Part shown: in pieces, positions 35,550-44,378 of the stretch
Layout of the letters: each line of letters opens with the position of its first letter
How positions within the stretch are numbered: the first letter of the stretch is position 1
IMG/VR virus record: IMGVR_UViG_3300033076_000596
Location: 1-49,440 of that record
Source of the DNA: a virus
Taxonomy: Duplodnaviria > Caudoviricetes
Strand: one strand, 5' to 3'
DNA: 49,440 nucleotides
Notes under the pieces: model-generated
The model's database searches: none
What the model was told of the DNA's origin: nothing
Seen by the model: only the letters and a program-made list of their open reading frames with translations
Made by a program: the position numbers and the translations under genes

Positions 35550-36278
35550 ATGGCGAAACGTCCTGCTGGTTATGTAATCTATGATGGCCCGTCCATGATT
35601 GACGGGGAGCGCATTATTGTGATCGTCACGGGTATTCTGGGAAGCCGGAATGCCAAGACGGGAAAGATGGTGCAGACGTATATTATACGTCCTGATCTGC
35701 ATCCCTTGGAGGCTGTGCGCACTGGCGCTGATCGTTCGATCTGTGGCGACTGCGTGCATCGCGGCGATGGCACGGGCAAAGGCCGTTCGTGCTATGTGAC
35801 GCTGATCCACGGCCCTAAGAATGTCTGGGAAAGCTATCGGCGCGGGGTCTATCCTGCTGCAACGGCTGCTGAGGTTGCGGACATTGTGGCTGGAAAGATG
35901 GTGCGTCTTGGGACGTATGGCGATCCGGCGGCTGCCCCATTGGCGCTGTGGGAAGTGCTGACGGCGAAGGCTGCAGGCTGGACAGGCTATACACACCAAT
36001 GGCGCACGGCTGATCGCGGCTGGTCGCGGCTGGTGATGGCATCGGCTGACAGCCAGATGGACGCGAAAGAGGCATGGCTGCGGGGATATCGCACGTTTCG
36101 GGTTGGCGCTGCGCCTATGACGGGGCGCGAGGTCAATTGTCCTGCATCTGAAGAGGCTGGCAAGCGCACGCAGTGCATCGCTTGCAAGCTGTGCATGGGA
36201 AGCACGAGCAAGGCTCCCGTATCAATCCAGATTGCGCCGCACGGGGCTGGTGGTCGCAACTTCAAGGAGGCTGCATGA
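35550..36278 (+). CDS. Cys-rich putative metal/Fe-S protein (gp88-like / radical-SAM-like)
   Basis: SRNAKTG, CGDC..HR...CYV, VRLGTYGDP, GYTHQW, CPAS...C..C.LC. Confidence 0.6.
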   Translation: MAKRPAGYVIYDGPSMIDGERIIVIVTGILGSRNAKTGKMVQTYIIRPDLHPLEAVRTGADRSICGDCVHRGDGTGKGRSCYVTLIHGPKNVWESYRRGVYPAATAAEVADIVAGKMVRLGTYGDPAAAPLALWEVLTAKAAGWTGYTHQWRTADRGWSRLVMASADSQMDAKEAWLRGYRTFRVGAAPMTGREVNCPASEEAGKRTQCIACKLCMGSTSKAPVSIQIAPHGAGGRNFKEAA

Positions 36279-36433
36279 TGAAAACCTATATGGCTTGGAT
36301 CCGTTTTCAGGATGGCACGCGGAAAGAATGGACGGGGCTGCGTGAGACGCAAGCGAAGTGGCGCTATCACTGGGCGGGCCGGAACTGGCACGAGCATCGC
36401 GCCAAGGCATGGGGCTGGAGGGCTGAGGCATGA
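36275..36433 (+). CDS. Hypothetical protein
   Basis: MMKTYMAWIRF; AGGAGG SD; ATGA overlap. Confidence 0.65.
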   Translation: MMKTYMAWIRFQDGTRKEWTGLRETQAKWRYHWAGRNWHEHRAKAWGWRAEA

Positions 36434-36621
36434 CATATCGGGAGATGATCGACGGGGAGCGCGCTGCGTATGAGCGCGCCCCAACGCGGGAATTGCAGGC
36501 TGTGCGCGTTGCGCTGGCACTGCATAGCTGGGGCAATAGCTTGCAAGAGAAAGCGCGGGCTGAGGCTGTGGAGCAGATTATGAGCGCGCGGCTGGCGCGC
36601 CGGATGAAGGAGCGGGCATGA
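36430..36621 (+). CDS. Hypothetical protein
   Basis: 63 aa; overlapping operon arrangement. Confidence 0.65.
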   Translation: MTYREMIDGERAAYERAPTRELQAVRVALALHSWGNSLQEKARAEAVEQIMSARLARRMKERA

Positions 36622-36782
36622 TGAGAGAGGAATACAAGGAATATGCTGCCGAATGCCGCGCGTGCGGCTTTGAGCCGCTGACGTTTTCGCAGTGGATCGT
36701 GCGTGAATACGGCGATCCTGATCGTGACGAGCCGCGCGCTGGGAATATCTGGGACGCGCAAGACGAAGTGGAGCCATACTGA
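36618..36782 (+). CDS. Hypothetical protein (54 aa)
   Basis: Not in the track. MMREEYKEYAAECRACGFEPL...; AGGAG SD; fills the gap exactly. Confidence 0.65.
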   Translation: MMREEYKEYAAECRACGFEPLTFSQWIVREYGDPDRDEPRAGNIWDAQDEVEPY

Positions 36783-37066
36783 TGCAGACGCGTAAGATTG
36801 TCCCGACATGGGAGGCGGCCGCGCAGATATATGTGTCCGCGCTGGAGCATGGCACTGGCGCAGGCCAGCACACCGCGCGCGATGAACTGCTTAGGCTAGG
36901 TCGTCAATATGATGAGGCTTGCGAGCATATCACCAAGCTTGAGGCTGTGATGACTGAAGTCTTGGCGGCGTGGGATATGGAACAAGACACGCCGGAGCAT
37001 AACCAACAAAACAGGCTGGAGGCAGCGATAGAGGCGCTGCGTCAAATGCTAGGGGAGGTGGAATGA
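36782..37066 (+). CDS. Hypothetical protein
   Basis: 94 aa; TGATG overlap. Confidence 0.65.
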   Translation: MQTRKIVPTWEAAAQIYVSALEHGTGAGQHTARDELLRLGRQYDEACEHITKLEAVMTEVLAAWDMEQDTPEHNQQNRLEAAIEALRQMLGEVE

Positions 37067-37278
37067 TGCAGATGCGGGTTATGATCGAGGCGGTTATTGA
37101 TCTGCCATACGGCACGATTGTGCCTGAGCAAGGCCGCGCATTCACGCTGCCAAGCGGCGACTGGGTGAAGCCTTGGGTTGTTCTCGAAATGAACGATGGC
37201 CGCGATCTTTGCCAGAGCGAGATGGCAGACTGGGGCATCGCCATTGAAGAAATCGGCATCGAATGGTTCTGGGAGTAG
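37063..37278 (+). CDS. Hypothetical protein
   Basis: 71 aa; GGAGG SD. Confidence 0.65.
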   Translation: MMQMRVMIEAVIDLPYGTIVPEQGRAFTLPSGDWVKPWVVLEMNDGRDLCQSEMADWGIAIEEIGIEWFWE

Positions 37279-37283
37279 GATGC

Positions 37284-37439
37284 ATGAAACAATATGATTT
37301 CACGCTGGGCTTTGCCGTCATGGCAGACAACCCATTGGACGCGCGCGTCAAGCTGCGTGAACTGCTGATGGCGATCAGCAAGGAAGAGATTTTGAAGGCA
37401 ATGCGTTTGGAGAAGGAGCAAACCGATGGCGAAGTATGA
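37284..37439 (+). CDS. Hypothetical protein (51 aa)
   Basis: Not in the track. MKQYDFTLGFAVMADNPLDARVKL... Confidence 0.6.
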   Translation: MKQYDFTLGFAVMADNPLDARVKLRELLMAISKEEILKAMRLEKEQTDGEV

Positions 37440-37653
37440 GGTAGGGTTAGCGCGGCGCGAGTCGATAATCGTCCGCTATTACATGACAGTCGAGGCGGAT
37501 AGCGCGGAGGCTGCGATGGAGAAGGTGCGTAATTTCGACACGACTGTGGAGGAAGAGGCGACACTGGAAGAAGGCAAGTGCCTTGGGATGGATGACAGTG
37601 AGTTGGATAGCGTGGATTTCGCAGAACTATTGAGGGAGAAGGAAGATGCGTAA
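37426..37653 (+). CDS. Acidic hypothetical protein
   Basis: 75 aa; AAGGAG SD. Confidence 0.65.
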   Translation: MAKYEVGLARRESIIVRYYMTVEADSAEAAMEKVRNFDTTVEEEATLEEGKCLGMDDSELDSVDFAELLREKEDA

Positions 37654-37903
37654 GTGGATTGCAGATAAGCTTTTTGTTTGGGCCGTTAAGATTGACGGGG
37701 ATGTGGCGACTGACCTGTCACGCCGACTGGTGGCAGCGGATGACTTCGCGCACGCCATGCTGGAGATGATTCAACGCGAGCCGAAAAAGCGTGGCCGTCC
37801 GAAGGGCCGCAAAGATGGTGTTGGCCCGAAGCCTGCGCCGACACCGAAAAAGATTGGCCGTCCGCTGGGCAGCAAGAACAAGCCGAAGGTGGTGCAATCA
37901 TGA
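37646..37903 (+). CDS. AT-hook-like DNA-binding protein
   Basis: KKRGRPKG and KKIGRPLGSKNKP. Confidence 0.65.
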   Translation: MRKWIADKLFVWAVKIDGDVATDLSRRLVAADDFAHAMLEMIQREPKKRGRPKGRKDGVGPKPAPTPKKIGRPLGSKNKPKVVQS

Positions 37904-38091
37904 TGACGCGAGAGATCAGCGCGATGGCGCGCGACAGCCACGTTGACGTATACGTCAAGGAGTTACGCGAGAACATCCTGAAGGATGGCAATGGCTTTGA
38001 TGACCGCATCGCGGAGGCGCTGGCTGATATGTATCGGCACGGCTGGGACGATGCCGACTATATGTTCCGCGCGTGGGGGAAGCCGCAATGA
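37900..38091 (+). CDS. Hypothetical protein
   Basis: 63 aa; ATGA overlap. Confidence 0.6.
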   Translation: MMTREISAMARDSHVDVYVKELRENILKDGNGFDDRIAEALADMYRHGWDDADYMFRAWGKPQ

Positions 38092-38276
38092 CCATGCCGC
38101 TAGACGAACTAGCAGCAGAAGAGCTGCTAAATGCATTAGACAATCTGGTGCAGGCCATTGACGATCAGATCGATGCCGATGGAAATGGCCGTGTTTTCAA
38201 TGGCTTCTGGGACGATTATGCCACCGCCTATGATGTGCTGCGTGACTATGGTCGTCGCACACCGAAGGCATTCTGA
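38088..38276 (+). CDS. Hypothetical protein
   Basis: Probable start MTMPLDEL; ATGA overlap. Confidence 0.6.
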   Translation: MTMPLDELAAEELLNALDNLVQAIDDQIDADGNGRVFNGFWDDYATAYDVLRDYGRRTPKAF

Positions 38277-38338
38277 TGGCTGTGGCGCTGGGCATGGTGG
38301 CTTTGCTCGCTGCAATCGTGGTGATGGGAGGTAGATGA
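38276..38338 (+). CDS. 20-aa hydrophobic micro-peptide
   Basis: MAVALGMVALLAAIVVMGGR; coupled to both neighbours by TGATG and ATGA overlaps. Confidence 0.4.
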   Translation: MAVALGMVALLAAIVVMGGR

Positions 38339-38661
38339 TGGACGTTAAAGACATGGAGGAGCGGATCGTGCGCAACGCTGTGCATGAACTGCTGGATCAG
38401 GGCTTCACGCTATCGGTGGACAATGGTGGCGATGACTACGAGATCGACCGATGCACCAATGCGGAAGAGGTGATCGCTGAGTTGATGAACACGGATGAGG
38501 ATCGCCTGCTGGCGCGCGCTGGCGAGGAGATCAAGGGCTGGGTGCATTTCGTTTACGGGAATGACGGATATGACGTTATCTGTGACTTGACAGTTTCGCT
38601 CGAGCCTTTTCTGCCGGACACTCTGGCGCTGGCTGAGGCCTACTCAGAGATTTACGGATGA
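38335..38661 (+). CDS. Hypothetical protein
   Basis: 108 aa, acidic; GGAGG SD. Confidence 0.7.
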   Translation: MMDVKDMEERIVRNAVHELLDQGFTLSVDNGGDDYEIDRCTNAEEVIAELMNTDEDRLLARAGEEIKGWVHFVYGNDGYDVICDLTVSLEPFLPDTLALAEAYSEIYG

Positions 38662-38963
38662 AACCCTACGCCAACAGGATCATGGATAGGGATGTGATCC
38701 CTTTCGAGGTGGTGCAGATGGTGTCCAGCATTACGCTGGTGGTGCGTGACATGATCTGTGATCTCGATTCGTCGTTCAAGCCGCACATATTCATGAGTCA
38801 GTGCATCAACAACGACGACCAGTCATGGACGATCCGTCCTGACCCTGAGGGATTATGCTTTAAAATCAGATACTTAAAGAATCGGAGATGGAAAGATGCG
38901 ACAGGAAACTATTACGAGCTTGCCGACGAGCCAAAGCGGTGGCATCAATTCGGTTTGCTCTGA
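38658..38963 (+). CDS. Hypothetical protein
   Basis: 101 aa; ATGA overlap. Confidence 0.65.
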   Translation: MKPYANRIMDRDVIPFEVVQMVSSITLVVRDMICDLDSSFKPHIFMSQCINNDDQSWTIRPDPEGLCFKIRYLKNRRWKDATGNYYELADEPKRWHQFGLL

Positions 38964-39147
38964 CCAAGAGTTTTTCAGCAAAGCGGCTGATCTTTTCGTT
39001 GAGCGTGACCGCCTTGAGGGTTGGTTACGCGAGATCGACAAGGACATCAGCGAAGCTGGGCTGGAGTTTGGCAAGCGGGCTAAGATGTGGGGCGTGAACC
39101 CTGCAATTCTGCGGCGTGAGTTACGGCTACGCGGCTTCGGTGTTTGA
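38896..39147 (+). CDS. Hypothetical helical protein
   Basis: 83 aa; start uncertain. Confidence 0.55.
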   Translation: MRQETITSLPTSQSGGINSVCSDQEFFSKAADLFVERDRLEGWLREIDKDISEAGLEFGKRAKMWGVNPAILRRELRLRGFGV

Positions 39148-39175
39148 CGACACCATTAGAGAGGGGTAAAAGATC

Positions 39176-39568
39176 ATGACCGGTAATTATGGTAATGTCC
39201 AAGGCGATAAGCCCAAACGCCATGAAGCTGGGCGGCAGCGTAATTCCTTTCCGCGCCGTTCCGGAACGTCACAATCCCGGTCACCTATTTCGGCGATTAA
39301 AGAACGCCTGACCCCATCGCACATCGAAACCCTGTGCCGTTCGTGGCTGCCGTCAGGCAAGCGTCAGGGCGGCTGGTGGGTGTGCTGTAGTCCGTGGCGA
39401 GAGGACAAGAACCCATCGCTGGGTGTGTCCCTGCAGACAGGACATTGGAAGGACTTCGCGACAGGCGAGCGGGGCGACATGATCGACCTATCGATGCGCC
39501 TGTTTGGCGATAGCTTGGCCGAAACGATTGACGGCTTTGCTGAGATGCTGGGAATTAAGAATGCGTAA
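39176..39568 (+). CDS. Stand-alone primase N-terminal (CHC2 zinc-finger-like) domain protein
   Basis: CSPWREDKNPSL.V....G.WKDFATGERGDMIDL. Confidence 0.7.
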   Translation: MTGNYGNVQGDKPKRHEAGRQRNSFPRRSGTSQSRSPISAIKERLTPSHIETLCRSWLPSGKRQGGWWVCCSPWREDKNPSLGVSLQTGHWKDFATGERGDMIDLSMRLFGDSLAETIDGFAEMLGIKNA

Positions 39569-41963
39569 GGTGGACTTAACCGCTGTTGCGCCTGCCGATA
39601 TCACAGAAGCACCCAAGCTGGTGGCTCCGATGCCGGAGCCGGTTGAGGTTCCGACTTCGCTAATCAAAAGCTTAGGCCAGCCCGAACAGATGTGGGTCTA
39701 TCGCACGGACGATGGCTCTGCATATGGTGCGGTGGCGCGCTGGAACCCTGACGGCAAGCGCAAAGAGGTGCGCCCCATCGTGTGGGATGGGAAGAAGTTT
39801 GTAACGTCTGGCTTCGGCACAGACCGGCCGCTGTTCAACAGCGATCTGCTGGCTGCGCGTCCGATGGCGCCGGTTCTTGTGGTCGAGGGCGAGAAGGCTG
39901 TCGATGGCGCGGCGCAGTATGTGCCTGATGGCTGGGTCATTACGACATGGCAGGGCGGCAGCAATGCGTGGCAGCACACCAACTGGTCGCTGCTGGCTGG
40001 ACACAGGGTAGTGATCTGGCCTGACAATGACGGGCCGGGCGTGAACGCCGGCGCTGAGATCCAGAACGTGCTGACTGCGCTGGCTGTGCCGACCAGTCTG
40101 GTTCAGATCAGCTCTGCGTTTCCCGATGGCTGGGACTTGGCTGACCCGCTGCCTGAGAAATACACAGCGAACCAGATCACGGCGCTGCTGAAGAAGGAAC
40201 TGAAGGCTGCGCAGTTGGTGGTGGTGGAGGACACAGGTGAGCCTGTGGCTGAGGTTACCGACGCGGACAATGACGACCCTGACCAAGACCCTGCGCGGCG
40301 TTACCGCCCACTGGGATACGACAAGGGCGAGTACTTCATCATGACTGATGAGGAGTTTCAGATCAGATCGTACAACAGCAACACGCTCATGTCTGAGAAG
40401 GGGTTGCTCGCGATTCACGGCGACCGAGAGTTTTGGGCAGCGCAGCAGTACAGCACAGGGAAGCGGGTGGATTGGATCGGGGCTGGCCTCAAGGTGATGA
40501 ACGAGTGCCGTGCCATGAACATCTACGACACGCGCCGCCTGCGTGGGCGTGGCATCTGGATCGACAAGGACAAGGATGGTGCCGAGCGTGCGATGCTGCA
40601 CACCGGATCAGACCTGTTCATCAGCAGGCCAGACCAAGAGCTGAAGCAGACATCGTTCGTGCGCGTGAAGTCCCCTTGGATTTACGAGAAGCGCAAGGAC
40701 ATCATCCACGATGCAAGCTACAACGTGTGCGCGACAGATGATGAAGGCCGGCTGATCCGCGAGATGTGCCAGCAGGTGCGGTGGGGCAGCGAGTTATACG
40801 GCGACTTATTGGCGGGCTGGATTGCGACAGCGATCGTGTGCGGTGGCATGGACTGGCGCACCCACCTGTGGGTCACGGGCAATCACGGATCAGGCAAGTC
40901 AACAGTGGTGCGCAAGATCGTCGGCACCTGCATGGGTCAGCTCGCGCTGTATCCAGAAGGCTCAACGACTGAGGCAGGCCTGCGCGCTGCACTGCAGAGC
41001 GATGCGATCCCTGTGGTGTTCGATGAGAGCGAGAAGGAAAAGTACGCAGAGGAACGGATGCTGCAGATTCTGGCGCTGATGCGTCAGGCCAGTTCGGAAG
41101 GGCGTGGCACGATCATCAAGGGCAGCGCGACCCATGTGGCGCACGAGTTCAACATCCGGTCTGCGTTCATGCTGGTGTCGATTGGTGTCAGCCTCAAGCA
41201 AGGCGCGGATCTCAGCCGTACTGCGGTGCTGTCGATCCGGCCGCCGAGCAGCTATGCGCCATCAGAGAAGGCGGCATTGGATGAGAAGTGGAATCGCCTG
41301 CAGGATATCGCATCGACTCTGCCGATTGATCTGCCGCAGAAGCTGATCGCACGGCAGACCAAGAACCTGTTTCATCTGAAGCACAACATCGAGGTGTTCA
41401 AGGAAACGATCAGCAATATGCTGGGCAGCCCGCGTCTGGGCGATCAGCTCGGCACGCTGTTGGCTGGATCGCATAGCTTGTACTCGACGCGCCGGCTCAA
41501 CGTGAAGCAATGCGAGAAGTATCTGTCGCGCCACAACCTGAACGACTTCACTGAGGTGAAGGAAGAGCAGGAAGATATCGTTCTGCTGCGGCATCTCTGC
41601 ATTCAGATGATCCGCACCGAGACAACACACGGGGTGCAGGATCGTGCAGTGGGCGAGCTGATCCGCATCGTGCTGAACGGGCTGGAGTTTGAGGACGTGA
41701 CGTACCGCAGCGCAGTCAACACGCTGGGTCGGTATGGCATCCGCATTGAGAGCGACAAGGGCAGGCGCACAGGCATCTGGCTGGCCAATAAGTGGGAGCC
41801 ACTGGATCGCCTGATGCAGACGGCTGAGTTCTCGCAGGGCTGGGTGAACATCATCAAGCGTCACCCCCATGCACGGCAGAGCGAGTCTGCGCTGCGGTTC
41901 GCAGGCGCGACCAGCCGAGCGACATTCATTCCGCGTGAGTATTTGCCAGTGGAGGAAGCATGA
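39561..41963 (+). CDS. TOPRIM primase fused to P-loop helicase
   Basis: TOPRIM motifs VVEGEK, IWPDND and GWDLAD; Walker A GNHGSGKS; Walker B VVFDE. Confidence 0.85.
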   Translation: MRKVDLTAVAPADITEAPKLVAPMPEPVEVPTSLIKSLGQPEQMWVYRTDDGSAYGAVARWNPDGKRKEVRPIVWDGKKFVTSGFGTDRPLFNSDLLAARPMAPVLVVEGEKAVDGAAQYVPDGWVITTWQGGSNAWQHTNWSLLAGHRVVIWPDNDGPGVNAGAEIQNVLTALAVPTSLVQISSAFPDGWDLADPLPEKYTANQITALLKKELKAAQLVVVEDTGEPVAEVTDADNDDPDQDPARRYRPLGYDKGEYFIMTDEEFQIRSYNSNTLMSEKGLLAIHGDREFWAAQQYSTGKRVDWIGAGLKVMNECRAMNIYDTRRLRGRGIWIDKDKDGAERAMLHTGSDLFISRPDQELKQTSFVRVKSPWIYEKRKDIIHDASYNVCATDDEGRLIREMCQQVRWGSELYGDLLAGWIATAIVCGGMDWRTHLWVTGNHGSGKSTVVRKIVGTCMGQLALYPEGSTTEAGLRAALQSDAIPVVFDESEKEKYAEERMLQILALMRQASSEGRGTIIKGSATHVAHEFNIRSAFMLVSIGVSLKQGADLSRTAVLSIRPPSSYAPSEKAALDEKWNRLQDIASTLPIDLPQKLIARQTKNLFHLKHNIEVFKETISNMLGSPRLGDQLGTLLAGSHSLYSTRRLNVKQCEKYLSRHNLNDFTEVKEEQEDIVLLRHLCIQMIRTETTHGVQDRAVGELIRIVLNGLEFEDVTYRSAVNTLGRYGIRIESDKGRRTGIWLANKWEPLDRLMQTAEFSQGWVNIIKRHPHARQSESALRFAGATSRATFIPREYLPVEEA

Positions 41964-42145
41964 AGAGCAAGAAGTTATTGTTGAGCGCGTCGAAACTATT
42001 GGCTGCGCAGATGGCTGCGAAGTGGAGCGACGATGTTGTTCTGGAGAAGACACCGCAGGATCTGATGAGGGCCTACGGATGTAGCTTTGATGCGGCAGAA
42101 CGCGTGTTAAATAATGAATTGACACGACGGAAATTGCGTCGATAA
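41960..42145 (+). CDS. Hypothetical protein
   Basis: 61 aa; GGAGG SD. Confidence 0.6.
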   Translation: MKSKKLLLSASKLLAAQMAAKWSDDVVLEKTPQDLMRAYGCSFDAAERVLNNELTRRKLRR

Positions 42146-42168
42146 AGGTGGAGCAAGGAGTTTGAATA

Positions 42169-42396
42169 ATGTCATTTAAAATTGAAAAGAATCATGTTGT
42201 TCCAGCATCTGTTGATGGTCTTGGACGCAGGGAGAAATACCCTTGGTCGCAGATGGAAGTGGGCGATAGCTTCTTTGTCGCGAATGGTAATGTGCGCAGG
42301 GTGGCAGGGGCTGCGTGCCATGCGGGCCGTCGTGCCAATAAGAAGTTCGTAGTCCGCGGCGTCGAAGGCGGCGTCCGTGCTTGGCGTTATGCATGA
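42169..42396 (+). CDS. Small putative DNA-binding protein
   Basis: KYPWSQMEVGDSFFV...GVRAWR pattern common in phage small proteins; AAGGAG SD. Confidence 0.65.
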   Translation: MSFKIEKNHVVPASVDGLGRREKYPWSQMEVGDSFFVANGNVRRVAGAACHAGRRANKKFVVRGVEGGVRAWRYA

Positions 42397-42471
42397 AACA
42401 CGGGGCGAACTGCGCGATCACCAGATGGGGCGACATCCGCTCATGGTGTGACTGCGGTTTAGGAGATCAAT

Positions 42472-42714
42472 ATGGGCTGGGGAACACGAGAGAATTTCGA
42501 CAGGCAATCCAAGCTGCTGAGGCAGCCTGCGCCATACGCGAAACAGATTCCGACAACGGACATGGATCGGTTGATAGAGGGGTCAAAGAAGCTGGCGGCT
42601 GCAATCTACATGACGAAGAAAGTCTATCGGAAGATGACGGCCGATGAGTTGGCTGAGTTCGAGCGTTACGCTGCGGGTGCAGTGAAAGTGGACATCAAGA
42701 AGAAGGGGAAGTGA
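42472..42714 (+). CDS. Hypothetical protein
   Basis: 80 aa; AGGAG SD. Confidence 0.6.
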   Translation: MGWGTRENFDRQSKLLRQPAPYAKQIPTTDMDRLIEGSKKLAAAIYMTKKVYRKMTADELAEFERYAAGAVKVDIKKKGK

Positions 42715-42715
42715 A

Positions 42716-42892
42716 ATGAAGAAGTTGATTATCGCAGCCGTGTTGGCTGCCATTGCAACGCCGGCATCGGCACAGATGACGCACTATCTGGTGCGCCAGT
42801 GGTTCAGCAACGGCTCGCAGTTCTGCCAGTACAGCAACGGCACAGTCCTGAACATGGGCGCACGCATATGTCCCCTAAGCATTCGGGGCTGA
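42716..42892 (+). CDS. Small secreted protein (58 aa, signal peptide, 2 Cys)
   Basis: Not in the track. MKKLIIAAVLAAIATPASA-QMTHYLVRQWFSNGSQFCQYSNGTVLNMGARICPLSIRG. Confidence 0.75.
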   Translation: MKKLIIAAVLAAIATPASAQMTHYLVRQWFSNGSQFCQYSNGTVLNMGARICPLSIRG

Positions 42893-42990
42893 CGCTATTC
42901 GGGATCGCCATCGGGGTGCTGTCATTGGCGGCATACCTGATGGCACGCCGGGTCGATCACTGGGAATTTGATGAGGACTGGTGGATATGA
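42868..42990 (+). CDS. Small membrane protein
   Basis: MSPKHSGLTLFGIAIGVLSLAAYLMARR...; one TM segment. Confidence 0.5.
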   Translation: MSPKHSGLTLFGIAIGVLSLAAYLMARRVDHWEFDEDWWI

Positions 42991-43322
42991 CTGACGATGA
43001 CAAGGCGCTGGTTGAGCGGCTGACTGCTGCGATCAAGGAAAGTATCGGCAAGCAGTTTAATGCAACACCTATCCATCCCGATCCAAATGTCGGAGATTGG
43101 GCTGCATCTGGGGGTGTGATTGATCTCAAGCAAGTAGCACAATCATTACTGCCGATAATCTCAGACCGCATCGAAGCCCTAAGCGCAGAGAACGAGCGGC
43201 TGCGTGAGGCGCTTGGCTGGTTTCTAAACGACAGCCGGTTCGTCGTTCAGGTCGGCGGCAATCCCAATGTGGTTCCGCAGATGATCGAAGCCGCCCGCGC
43301 AGCCTTGGGAGAAACGAAATGA
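42981..43322 (+). CDS. Hypothetical protein
   Basis: 113 aa (start may be 42987); DRIEALSAENERLREAL helix. Confidence 0.65.
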   Translation: MDMTDDDKALVERLTAAIKESIGKQFNATPIHPDPNVGDWAASGGVIDLKQVAQSLLPIISDRIEALSAENERLREALGWFLNDSRFVVQVGGNPNVVPQMIEAARAALGETK

Positions 43323-43540
43323 ATGAGATCACACAGGCTGACCGGGATGCGGCGGAAGCATATCGGGAAAAGGTTCTCGATGCCATCTGGGCTGGTGGTT
43401 CTGAGGATCAGGTGCTGCTTGAGGCCTTCGCCCGTCACCGCATGGAAGAACGCGATGCGATTGTTGCATGGTGTCGGAATGTTAACATGGACTGGTGCGG
43501 CTGCGCAGAAGCCATCGAAGCAGGGGAGCATTTGAAATGA
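43319..43540 (+). CDS. Hypothetical protein
   Basis: 73 aa; ATGA overlap. Confidence 0.65.
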   Translation: MNEITQADRDAAEAYREKVLDAIWAGGSEDQVLLEAFARHRMEERDAIVAWCRNVNMDWCGCAEAIEAGEHLK

Positions 43541-43932
43541 CGGAGATCGAACGCAAGGCGCTGGAACTGGTAAATGAGGTGGCGCAAGATGTGCGCTATG
43601 AGCCTGACGACTTTGAGGAAGAGCGCCGGGACGTATTCAAAGCCCTCTGCCGCGCCATCGAACAGCACGAAGCATTCCGCCAAGAGGTGAGCGATGCGGT
43701 AATAGAAGCAGTTGCTCGGCTAATTAAAGATGGAAACCCTGACTGCGGCGTTAAAGCAAACGCAATCTTATCCCGCTTCATCATCGCCAAGCCCGATCCG
43801 CTGGTGGAGACGTTAAAGGATATGAGGAGCGACCCAACGCCATATATAAACAGCGAGATATACGCAAAACGCCTTCGCGCCGCACTCGCCAAGCGTGGGC
43901 TTGAGATCAGGGAGAAGAGCGATGGCGAATGA
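43537..43932 (+). CDS. Hypothetical protein
   Basis: Probable start MTEIERK; ATGA overlap. Confidence 0.65.
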   Translation: MTEIERKALELVNEVAQDVRYEPDDFEEERRDVFKALCRAIEQHEAFRQEVSDAVIEAVARLIKDGNPDCGVKANAILSRFIIAKPDPLVETLKDMRSDPTPYINSEIYAKRLRAALAKRGLEIREKSDGE

Positions 43933-44155
43933 TGAGCAATGGTTCCAGCGCGAACCGGATGATGAATTTGTTATTAGCGCATTGTGCGACTACCAGCCCA
44001 AGACCGCAGAACAACTGACGGAATGGCTAATGATGTGCGCAAATGGTGTGCTGGATAAGGATGGCCTGCGCCTGCCTTATAAACTGCCGCCTTATGTCGC
44101 ATGGCAAATGGCTCGGATGATGCAGATTGCAAGACTGGATGTGCCTCGTGACTGA
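43922..44155 (+). CDS. Hypothetical protein
   Basis: Probable start MANDEQW. Confidence 0.6.
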   Translation: MANDEQWFQREPDDEFVISALCDYQPKTAEQLTEWLMMCANGVLDKDGLRLPYKLPPYVAWQMARMMQIARLDVPRD

Positions 44156-44378
44156 CGATGGCATCGCGCTGCGGGCAGCCGCGCACCCAATCGCGCCGTG
44201 GTATAAGCGGCTGTGGTTTCGATATCAGCTTATGCTGTGCCGGGTGTTTGGCCATGACTACAGCATCTCGGTGGTCGATGATGCCGATAACCGCTGGCAA
44301 GTCATCTACACTCGCTGCTCGCGCTGCTCAAAGCACAAGCCTTTATCGCATATCACAATAAAGGTGCGGCATGGTTAA
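44148..44378 (+). CDS. Hypothetical protein with possible Zn motif
   Basis: LCRVFGHDY...CSRC; start uncertain. Confidence 0.55.
   Translation: MTDDGIALRAAAHPIAPWYKRLWFRYQLMLCRVFGHDYSISVVDDADNRWQVIYTRCSRCSKHKPLSHITIKVRHG

Noticed and set aside
39672-42125. Long minus-strand ORFs opposite the primase-helicase
   Set aside because: Antisense shadows.
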